DNA of 64,000 bases from Macrostomum lignano (taxonomy: Eukaryota): the NCBI GenBank assembly GCA_002269645.1, contig NIVC01001209.1, positions 69,929-133,928 on the forward strand, given 5' to 3'. Under the pieces are notes generated by a model. The model searched no databases and had not been told where the DNA came from. It saw only the letters and a list, made by a program, of their open reading frames with translations. Below, piece after piece: positions 10,210 to 22,200 of the stretch. How positions within the stretch are numbered: the first letter of the stretch is position 1; the number at the start of each line of letters is the position of its first letter. The position numbers and the translations under genes were made by a program.

Positions 10210-13200
10210 TCAGATTCGGCTCTCGAACTCGGCCTCCCCAGTTTCCTGCTCGTCAGAAGCAGCAGCAGCAGCCGCTGTCGAAGACGCGCCGGCAGCGGCA
10301 GCGGCAGCGGCAGGGAACTGATCCTGATAAGTTGGCAGCTCGACAACCGACTGAGCGGCAGTGGCCGGCGCCATCTGCGGAGTCTGCGGCGCCGAAAATT
10401 CGAAAGTATCCCCGCCGATGGCCAGCATAGGCAGCTGGCGACTGCCGATGGCGGAAGCTACGCCGGAACCGCCGCCGCTGCCAGACGTAGCCGTCCGTTG
10501 TCGGTTCCGACCGCGGCTCCTGCGCAGCTCTTCGCGCCGCTCCTCCCACTGGCTGAGGCGGCGAAGCGGCACGCCGAGCAGGCCGGACAGAATCAGAAAG
10601 CAGCCGGCCAGGTAGAAGCTCAGCGAATAGTTCGGCGTCGGATCCAGCTGGTCGATCGCCGAGCCGAGCGGCGGTCCGACAACGATGCCGACGCCTTGGA
10701 ACAGCAGCAGCAGGCCGTAGGCATTGGTCAGGCGGTCCAGGCCCATTAGCTCCACCACCAGGATGGTGCGCAGCGACACCCAGGCAGCTGTAAGAAAATT
10801 TGAAGAGTTGCAAAAATAATTATGCGATGATAATTTGAGGCATTTTTAATACCCGATTTCGTTTCCATGCGCAGCCGAATTCACCTGGGGCTTAGTGCAC
10901 GTAATTGGGGGCTGATAAAGTATGTCAGACTGTCTAATGTCAATCTATCAAAGTATGTCAGACTGTCTAATGTTAATATATCAAAGTATGTCAGACTGTC
11001 TAATGTTAATCTATCAAAGTATGTCAGACTGTCTAATGTTAATCTATCAAAGTATGTCAGACTGTCTAATTTTCATCTATCAAAGTATGTCAGACTGTCT
11101 AATTTTCATCTATCAAAGTATGTCAGACTGTCTAATTTTAATCTATCAAAGTATGTCAGACTGTCTAATGTTAATCTATCAAAGTATGTCAGACTGTCTA
11201 ATGTTAATCTATCAAAGTATGTCAGACTGTCTAAGGTTAATCTATCAAAGTATGTCAGACTGTCTAATGTTAACCTATCAAAGTATGCCAGACTGTCTAA
11301 TGTTAATCTATCAAAGTATGTCAGACTGTCTAATGTTAATCTATCAAAGTATGTCAGACTGTCTAATGTTAATCTATCAAAGTATGTCAGACTGTCTAAT
11401 GTTAACCTATCAAAGTATGCCAGACTGTCTAATGTTAATCTATCAAAGTATGTCAGACTGTCTGATGTACATCTATCAAAGTATGTCAGACTGTCTAATG
11501 TTAATCTATCAAAGTATGTCAGACTGTCTAATGTTAATCTATCAAAGTATGTCAGACTGTCTGATGTACATCTATCAAAGTATGTCAGACTGTCTAATGT
11601 TAATCTATCAAAGTATGTCAGACTGTCTAATGTTAATCTATCAAAGTATGTCAGACTGTCTGATGTACATCTATCAAAGTATGTCAGACTGTCTAATGTT
11701 AATCTATCAAAGTATGTCAGACTGTCTGATGTACATCTATCCTAGTATGTCAGACTGTCTGATGTACATCTATCAAAGTATGTCAGACTGTCTAATGTTA
11801 ATCTATCAAAGTATGCCAGACTGTCTAATGTTAATCTATCAAAGTATGTCAGACTGTCTGATGTACATCTATCAAAGTATGTCAGACTGTCAGATTTACA
11901 TCTATCAAAGTATGTCAGACTGTCTAATGTTAATCTATCAAAGTATGTCAGACTGTCTAATGTTATCTATCAAAGTATGTCAGACTGTCTAATGTTAATC
12001 TATCAAAGTATGTCAGACTGTCTAATGTTAATCTATCAAAGTATGTCAGACTGTCTAAGGTTAATCTATCAAAGTATGTCAGACTGTCTAATGTTAATCT
12101 ATCAAAGTATGTCAGACTGTCTAATGTTAATCTATCAAAGTATGTCAGACTGTCTGATGTACATCTATCAAAGTATGTCAGACTGTCTAATGTTAATCTA
12201 TCAAAGTATGTCAGACTGTCTGATGTACATCTATCCTAGTATGTCAGACTGTCTGATGTACATCTATCAAAGTATGTCAGACTGTCTAATGTTAATCTAT
12301 CAAAGTATGCCAGACTGTCTAATGTTAATCTATCAAAGTATGTCAGACTGTCTGATGTACATCTATCAAAGTATGTCAGACTGTCAGATTTACATCTATC
12401 AAAGTATGTCAGACTGTCTAATGTTAATCTATCAAAGTATGTCAGACTGTCTAATGTTATCTATCAAAGTATGTCAGACTGTCTAATGTTAATCTATCAA
12501 AGTATGTCAGACTGTCTAATTTTCATCTATCAAAGTATGTCAGACTGTCTGATGTACATCTATCAAAGTATGTCAGACTGTCTAATGTTAATCTATCAAA
12601 GTATGTCAGACTGTCTGATGTACATCTATCAAAGTATGTCAGACTGTCAGATTTACATCTATCAAAGTATGTCAGACTGTCTAATGTTAATCTATCAAAG
12701 TATGTCAGACTGTCTAATGTTATCTATCAAAGTATGTCAGACTGTCTAATGTTAATCTATCAAAGTATGTCAGACTGTCTAATGTTAATCTATCAAAGTA
12801 TGTCAGACTGTCTAATGTTAATCTATCAAAGTATGTCAGACTGTCTAATGTTATCTATCAAAGTATGTCAGACTGTCTAATTTTCATCTATCAAAGTATG
12901 CCAGGCTTTCTAATATTCACCGATCAAAGTATGCCAGGCTGTCTAATATCCACCGATCAAAGTATGCCAGGCTGTCTGATATCCACCGATCAAAGTATGT
13001 TAGATTTCTCTATTTATCAAGGTAAGCTATCATGTTGTCTAGTATTTAATATATTCCAAGACATACCCGCAAAATAGTATGCTACTAGTATGTCATTCAA
13101 TCAAGCCGCACTGAGCAGAGCATGCACAGATACGCACCGATAAATAGTCCGTAGCAACAGGCGCAACCAATCATTGGCTCCAATGTGTGACAGAACGGAA

Positions 13201-16200
13201 TGAAAGCCGTGGCCAGACCGGCGCCAATCAGTGCCAGGTTGTTTATCCACAGCGCGTCCGCCCAAGAGCGATCCGAGGCCCAGCCTGGAAAAAATAGGGC
13301 GATGCTGGGATCTGGGACTTCAGGGACTGACTGCTTCTTGCTAGGATCTGGGACTTCAGGGACTGGCTGCTTCTTGCTGGGATCTGGGACTTCAGGGACT
13401 GGCTACTTCTCGCTGGGATCTGGGACTTCAAGGACTGGCTGCTTCTTGCTAGGATCTGGGACTTCAGGGACTGGCTGCTTCTTGCTGGGATCTGGGACTT
13501 CAGGGACTGGCTACTTCTCGCTGGGATCTGGGACTTCAGGGACTGGCTGCTTCTTGCTGGGATCTGGGACTTCAGGGACTGGCTGCTTCTTGCTGGGATC
13601 TGGGACTTCAGGGACTGGCTGCTTCTTGCTGGGATCTGGGACTTCAGGGACTGGCTACTTCTCGCTGGGATCTGGGACTTCAGGGACTGACTGCTTCTTG
13701 CTAGGATCTGGGACTTCAGGGACTGGCTGCTTCTTGCTGGGATCTGGGACTTCAGGGACTGGCTACTTCTCGCTGGGATCTGGGACTTCAAGGACTGGCT
13801 GCTTCTTGCTAGGATCTGGGACTTCAGGGACTGGCTGCTTCTTGCTGGGATCTGGGACTTCAGGGACTGGCTACTTCTCGCTGGGATCTGGGACTTCAGG
13901 GACTGGCTGCTTCTTGCTGGGATCTGGGACTTCAGGGACTGGCTACTTCTCGCTGGGATCTGGGACTTCAAGGACACTTCAAGGACTGGCTGCTTCTTGC
14001 TAGGATCTGGGACTTCAGGGACTGACTGCTTCTTGCTAGGATCTGGGACTTCAGGGACAGGCTGCTTCTCGCTGGGATCTGGGACTTCAGGGACTGGCTG
14101 CTTCTCACTGGGATCTGGGACTTCAAGGACTGGCTGCTTATTGCTGGGATCTGGGACTTCAGGGACAGGCTGCTTCTCGCTGGGATCTGGGACTTCAAGG
14201 ACTGGCTGCTTCTTGCTGGGATCTGGGACTTCAGGGACAGGCTGCTTCTCGCTGGGATCTGGGACTTCAGGGACTGGCTACTTCTCGCTGGGATCTGGGA
14301 CTTCAAGGACTGGCTGCTTCTTGCTGGGATCTGGGACTTCAAGGACAGGCTGCTTCTTGCTGGGATCTGGGACTTCAGGGACAGGCTGCTTCTCGCTAGG
14401 ATCTGGGACTTCAGGGACAGGCTGCTTCTCGCTGGGATCTGGGACTTCAGGGACTGGCTGCTTCTCGCTGGGATCTGGGACTTCAAGTACTGGCTGCTTA
14501 TTGCTGGGATCTGGGACTTCAGGGACTGGCTGCTTCTCGCTGGGATCTGGGACTTCAAGGACTGGCTGCTTCTTGCTGGGATCTGGGACTTCAGGGACTG
14601 ACTGCTTCTTGCTAGGATCTGGGACTTCAGGGACTGGCTGCTTCTTGCTAGGATCTGGGACTTCAGGGACAGGCTGCTTCTCGCTGGGATCTGGGACTTC
14701 AGGGACTGGCTGCTTCTCATTGGGATCTGGGACTTCAAGGACTGGCTGCTTATTGCTGGGATCTGGGACTTCAGGGACAGGCTGCTTCTCGCTGGGATCT
14801 GGGACTTTAGGGACTGGCTGCTTCTCGCTGGGATCTGGGACTTCAGGGACTGGCTGCTTCTTGCTGGGATCTGGGACTTCAAGGACTGGCTGCTTCTTGC
14901 TGGGATCTGGGACTTCAGGGACTGGCTGCTTATTGCTGGGATCTGGGACTTCAAGGACTGGCTGCTTCTTGCTGGGATCTGGGACTTCAGGGACTGGCTG
15001 CTTCTGGGACTTGGGATCTGGGACTTCAGGGACTGGCTGCTTCTTGCTGGGATCTGGGACTTCAGGGACTGGCTGCTTCTGGGACTTGGGATCTGGGACT
15101 TCAGGGACTGGCTGCTTCTGGGACTTGGGATCTGGGACTTCAGGGACTGGCTGCTTCTGGGACTTGGGATCTGGGACTTCAGGGACTGGCTGCTTCTGGG
15201 ACTTGGGATCTGGGACTTCAAGGACTGGCTGCTTCTTGCTGGGATCTGGGACTTCAGGGACTGGCTACTTCTGGGACTTGGGATCTTATAATTTAGGTAC
15301 TTCACAATCTGATCTGAGCCCACCTGCAACGATTCGTCCGACAGTGTTCGCAACGCCAATTAGCGTAACAAGTAGCGTAGCGTCGTTGTGCGGAATACCG
15401 CGTTTCATTGCGTAGCCCTTGATAAACTGGTAGAACTGAAGGAAGCCTGTGTTAAATAAGCGATAGTAGTATAGTATGAGTATGTTAGACTAGTCTGGGG
15501 AGTTGGAAGTACTTGAAATGGATAAGAAATATTCGCAATAGATTCGGAATAGATTTGGAAATATTCGGAATGGATTCGCAATAGATTCGGAATAGATTCG
15601 CAATAGATTCGGAATAGATTCGGAAATATTCGGAAATATTCGGAATAGATTCGCAATATATTCGCAATAGATTCGGAATAGATTCGGAAATATTCGGAAA
15701 TATTCGGAATGGATTCGCAATAGATTCGGAATAGATTCGCAATAGATTCGCAATAGATTCGGAAATATTCGCAATAGATTCGCAATATATTCGCAATAGA
15801 TTCGGAATAGATTCGGAAATATTCGGAATGGATTCGCAATAGATTCGGAATAGATTCGCAATAGATTCGCAATAGATTCGGAAATATTCGCAATAGATTC
15901 GCAATAGATTCGGAATAGATTCGGAATAGATTCGCAATAGATTCGGAATAGATTCGGAATAGATTCGAAATAGATTCGCAATAGATTCGCAATAGATTCG
16001 AAATAGATTCGCAATAGATTCGGAATAGATTCGGAAGTATTTGGAATAGATTCGCAATAGTTTCGAAATAGATTCGAAAATATTCGGAATAGATTCGCAA
16101 TAGTTTCGGAATAGATTCGAAAATATTCGGAATAGATTCGCAATAGATTCGGAATAGATTCGGAATAGATTCGGAATAGATTCGGAATGGGTTCGGAATA

Positions 16201-19200
16201 GATTCGGAATAGATTCGGAATGGATTCGGAATAGATTCGGAATGGATTCGGAAATATTCGGAATAGATTCGGAAATATTCGGAATAGATTGGGAAATATT
16301 CGGAATAGATTCGCAATAGATTCGGAATAGATTCGGAATAGATTCGGAATAGATTCGGAATAGATTCGGAATATATTCGGAATGGATTCGGAATAGATTA
16401 GGAATAGATTTGGAATAGATTTGGAATATATTCGGAATGGATTCGGAATAGATTCGGAATAGATTTGGAAACATTTGAAATTTCGAAATATCGAACATAG
16501 ACCCTCCCAATCTCACCGAGCATAGTGAGCACGGAAGACACCAGCAGCAGACAGAATGTTGGAGACTTCAGTATTGACACATCCAGCATCTGCTTAATAG
16601 CGGACTTGGCCGGAGCGGCAGGCCTACCGGCATCTGGCGGAATGCTAGTGACCGATCGATAATACTCTCTAGTGCCAGCCACGCTCATCTTGCTCCTGGT
16701 GTACTCATTCAACTGGTGCAGGGAGCCGCTATGGAATACGTCCTTCCTATTCATAGGCCTGAGCATCTCTCTGAGCACAGATTTTGTTATAGCTTCTCGA
16801 ACTTCCTCCGTGACAGCCAGCTGGTGTTGCCCAGCAACATCGTCCGGACCAGTTGAGCACCGGTGCAAATCCACTCCGGAAACGAATCTGGAGTGCTCGG
16901 GCGATTGCGGCTCCGAGCTGACCGATAACTGCTGCTGCCGCTGCGGCTGCTCCATGGACGGCGAATTATTCAAAGACGTCTGACTTTGCGAATAGTCGCG
17001 TACGAGCTGCGGCACGCTGCTCTTCATTGCGGCGGCGTTGCCAGGGGTCGCAGCAGCGGTGGCGGCTGAATTATTCGTTGCCGCGGTAGCCGCGGCCGCT
17101 GAGTTCGCCGCGGCGGCTGCGGCGGCGGCATTCGAGTCGTTCAAGGCTGCGCTGCTGCGATTGGCAAGGCGGCGAGAGGCGTTGGTCTTCCTGCGCAGGA
17201 CGGTCTCGGCGATGCGGTGCAGCGCGTCCGAGCTCATCACTGGCTGGTCGTCGAAGTCGGGCGGCGGCGGCTCAACCCGATTAGCCGTGGTGATGATCCA
17301 GCCATTTAGGGAGCCCTGGGGGAGTCCGGAGTGATGCAATTGGGATTACTGCTATCTATATTCGAATGCTTGGTAACGATGTACGGATATTTGCGATAAG
17401 TCCAAAAATAGTTATGCCAAAGGCGATTCCTAGAAAGCAATTATGCCAATAGGCTGTTTCATAGAAACACTATTATACCCAATTTGTTGTTTCCTGGAAA
17501 CAATAATACCAAGAGTCTGTTTCCTAGAAACATGAATACAGCCAATAGACTGTGTTCCTAGAAACACGAATACAGCCAATAGACTGTGTTCCTAGAAACA
17601 CGAATACAGCCAATAGACTGTGTTCCTAGAAACACGAATACAGCCAATAGACTGTTTCCTAGAAACATGAATACAGCCAATAGACTGTGTTCCTAGAAAC
17701 ACGAATACAGCCAATAGACTGTTTCCTAGAAACACGAATACAGCCAATAGACTGTGTTCCTAGAAACACGAATACAGCCAATAGACTGTGTTCCTAGAAA
17801 CACGAATACAGCCAATAGACTGTGTTCCTAGAAACACGAATATAACCAATAGACTGTTCCTAGAAACACGATGATAACAAAGTCTGTTTCCTAGCAACGT
17901 AAATATCCGAATATACTAATTCCTAGAAATAAATATAACCAATACTCCAATAGTCTGTTTACTATAAGAATAATAATAATTATTGATTACACCTGCCCCA
18001 ATTAGGCCAGACGTGCAACCGACAGCTCAGCCGCAGCTATTGCGCGGCGCATCTGAAGGCTGCGTACGGCTGTTCAGTCCATGGACTGGGCGGTCGCCAC
18101 ACACACCCTCAATTACACACACCCTCGTACCCCGGCTAATGCTGGCACCCATTTTACAGCTAGATGAACTGAAGCAATGCAGAGTTAAGTGTCTTTTTCA
18201 AGGACACCAACTGTTCCAGTGGGATCAGAAATCGAACCCCCGACCTTCAAGTCGTGAGTCGACGTTCTAACCACCAAGACAACAACCACTAGAAACACAA
18301 ATATCCTACCACAGAGATTCCTAGAAACACAAATATCCTACCACACAGAACTAATTCAAAGTCTTAGAAAAAAATATATATTCATAAGTGGAAGCCGCTA
18401 ATGAAAAAACGGACTATCATTCTTCAAACTCACCTGACTAACATTCCGCTCTCGCTTTTTATTCTCAATCAATTTCTTCATTATATTGCCTTTAACCCGA
18501 GGCTTCCCCTTAGCGATGCGGCGCTTCTCTCTCAGACTTAAAATTTCGTAGTAGCGCTCCAACGGCATCATGAAGCTGCCGGCTAGGGCGCAGTTAAGCA
18601 CCAGTGCCGACAGGATCATAAGCGTACCGCGCCAAGAGAAGTGCTCAATTGTCCGATCGATTAGCACCGAAAATATTGCGGTGCCGATGCCGCTGCCGCA
18701 CACGGCGATGCCGGTGGCGAAAGCTCGCCGACTTTCGAACCAGAAGCCAACGGTGACCACGGCGGGCAGGTACACTAGGCCGAAGCTGATACCTGCGAGA
18801 GGGGGGCGGGACAGAGTGAGAGGGGGTAGGAGAGGCAGAGGCTGATAGAGAGGAGGGAGATAGCAGTAGAGGGCGGTAGAGAGGGCGGAAGATGGCAGGA
18901 GAAAGGGCGGAATATGAAAGTAGAGGACGGTAGAGAGGGCGGAAGATGGCAGTAGATGGCGGTAGAGAGGGCGGAAGATGGCAGAAGAAAGGGCGGAAGA
19001 TGAAAGTAGAGGGCGGTAGAGAGGGCGGAATATGGCAGTAGATGGCAGGAGAAAGGGCGGAAGATGGCAGTAGAGGGCGGCAGAGAGGGCGGAAGATGGC
19101 AGGAGAAAGGGCGGAAGATAAAAGTAGAGGGCGGTAGAGAGGGCGGAAGATGGCAATAGAGGGCAGCAGAGAGGGCGGAAGATGGCAGTAGAGGGCGGAA

Positions 19201-22200
19201 GAGAGGGAAGAAGATGGCAGTAGAGGTCAGAAGATGGCAGTAGAGGGCAGCAGAGAGGGCGGAAGATGGCAGTAGAGGGCGGAAGAGAGGGCGGAAGATG
19301 GCAGTAGGGGCGACAGAGAGGGCGGAAGATGACAGTAGAGGGCGGAAGATGGCAGTAGAGGAGGGCGGAAGAGAGGGCGGAAAATGGCAATAGAGGGCGG
19401 GAGATGGCAGTAGAGGGCGGAAGAGAGGGCGGAAGATGGCAGTAGGGGGCGACAGAGAGGGCGGAAGATGACAGTAGAGGGCGGAAGATGGCAGTAGAGG
19501 GCGGAAGAGAGGGCGGAAGATGGCAATAGAGAGCGGGAGAGGGCGGGAGATGGCAGTAGAGGAGGGCGGAAGAGAGGGCGGAAGATGGCAATAGAGGGCG
19601 AGAGAGGGCGGGAGATGGCAGTAGAGGGCGGTAGAAGGGGTGGGACGCCAGAGAGACTGGATGAAGGGAATAGATTTCCCAACAATAACAATAGATAATT
19701 ACTATTACACTAACAGATGACAGGTTAATAAAGTTCGAGTAGAACTTTTTTCAGCCCACTAACAGGCCAGCTTAACCTCTTAATTCGGCCATATTAAGCA
19801 ACAACAAAAAATTACGCAATTGATTACGTTTTAGTTGGACAAATTGAACTGTCTAAGAGTTTACGGTTTGCCGTATGCAAAATGCTGCGATATGATAGAC
19901 GTGGCACTAAACATTTCTTATAAAGGTGCAGCCCGAGAGGCCACTAGCGCGCTGCCAACACAACAGTGAAATGTTGAAAAGCAGAACTGATGTTTATCAA
20001 GTAAGTCAGCCTATAAAGTTACCTGGAGTTGCAATGCGATACCTAGCTAACTATAACTTAATTTGGATATGGTAGCAACACATCTGTCTCCACAGTCTGT
20101 ACACGGACTGACTGGAAAGCCTCCATGCAGTCTGCAAGCCGTAGCATAACAGCCCCACACCAAATTGAATTCTAATGTATTATCTATACTGAACCTAAAG
20201 CTTTAATGATTGTAAACTGATTTTATTGATATAATAATCATTATTACATTACTGACAGGTGTCAACAGATGCGTGTACCGACGTTTACCCATCAACATGC
20301 ATCAATTTATAGAAATTTTAATGAAAAAATACACTTATCTTTATAACTCACCTCCTAGTACCCCGAATATAGCAACAAATGCGTAGAAGTTTGTAAGATA
20401 AGAGGCTATGAAGAATGACAAGCAGGCCAATACTGAGCCAGCCATAACCACTGGCCTGGAGCCAAATGTGTTTGCCAGAGCCGAGCTGATGGGACCTGCG
20501 GGTGAGAAAGGAGCAAGCATTCATATGTACTTCTTCTTCTTACAATTAACAATGATCTTAATTCCCATTCATAGAATGATCTAGTTCCCATTCATAGAAT
20601 GATCTAGTTCCCATTCATAGAATGATCTAGTTCCCATTCATAGAATGATCTAGTTCCCATTCATAGAATGATCTAGTTCCCATTCATAGAATGATCTAGC
20701 TCCCATTCATAGAATGATCTAGTTCCCATTCATAGAATGATCTAGTTCCCATTCATAGAATGATCTAGTTCCCATTCATAGAATGATCTAGTTCCCATTC
20801 ATAGAATGATCTAGCTCCCATTCATAGAATGATCTAGTTCCCATTCATAGAATGATCTAGTTCCCATTCATAGAATGATCTAGTTCCCATTCATAGAATG
20901 ATCTAGCTCCCATTCATAGAATGATCTAGTTCCCATTCATAGAATGATCTAGCTCTCATTCATAGAATGATCTAGTTCCCATTCATAGAATGATCTAGCT
21001 CTCATTCATAGAATGATCTAGTTCCCATTCATAGAATGATCTAGTTCCCATTCATAGAATGATCTAGTTCCCATTCATAGAATGATCTAGTTCCCATTCA
21101 TAGAATGATCTAGTTCCCATTCATAGAATGATCTAGTTCCCATTCATAGAATGATCTAGTTCCCATTCATAGAATGATCTAGCTCCCATTCATAGAATGA
21201 TCTAGTTCCCATTCATAGAATGATCTAGCTCCCATTCATAGAATGATCTAGTTCCCATTCATAGAATGATCTAGCTCCCATTCATAGAATGATCTAGTTC
21301 CCATTCATAGAATGATCTAGCTCTCATTCATAGAATGATCTAGTTCCCATTCATAGAATGATCTAGTTCCCATTCATAGAATGATCTAGTTCCCATTCAT
21401 AGAATGATCTAGTTCCCATTCATAGAATGATCTAGTTCCCATTCATAGAATGATCTAGTTCCCATTCATAGAATGATCTAGTTCCCATTCATAGAATGAT
21501 CTAGTTCCCATTCATAGAATGATCTAGTTCCCATTCATAGAATGATCTAGTTCCCATTCATAGAATGATCTAGTTCCCATTCATAGAATGATCTAGCTCC
21601 CATTCATAGAATGATCTAGTTCCCATTCATAGAATGATCTAGTTCCCATTCATAGAATGATCTAGCTCCCATTCATAGAATGATCTAGTTCCCATTCATA
21701 GAATGATCTAGCTCCCATTCATAGAATGATCTAGCTCCCATTCATAGAATGATCTAGTTCCCATTCATAGAATGATCTAGCTCCCATTCATAGAATGATC
21801 TAGTTCCCATTCATAGAATGATCTAGTTCCCATTCATAGAATGATCTAGTTCCCATTCATAGAATGATCTAGTTCCCATTCATAGAATGATCTAGTTCCC
21901 ATTCATAGAATGATCTAGTTCCCATTCATAGAATGATCTAGTTCCCATTCATAGAATGATCTAGTTCCCATTCATAGAATGATCTAGCTCCCATTCATAG
22001 AATGATCTAGTTCCCATTCATAGAATGATCTAGTTCCCATGCATAGAATGATCTAGTTCCCATTCATAGAATGATCTAGTTCCCATTCATAGAATGATCT
22101 AGTTCCCATTCATAGAATGATCTAGTTCCCATTCATAGAATGATCTAGTTCCCATTCATAGAATGATCTAGTTCCCATTCATAGAATGATCTAGTTCCCA

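Noticed and set aside
10867-16516. Long ORFs of 200-470 aa in MCT introns 4-6
   Set aside because: They are translations of stop-free repeat units and lie inside phase-consistent GT..AG introns.
18225-18282. tRNA gene
   Set aside because: It has A/B-box-like motifs but no complete cloverleaf and continues into a CORE-like domain, so it is interpreted as a SINE head.
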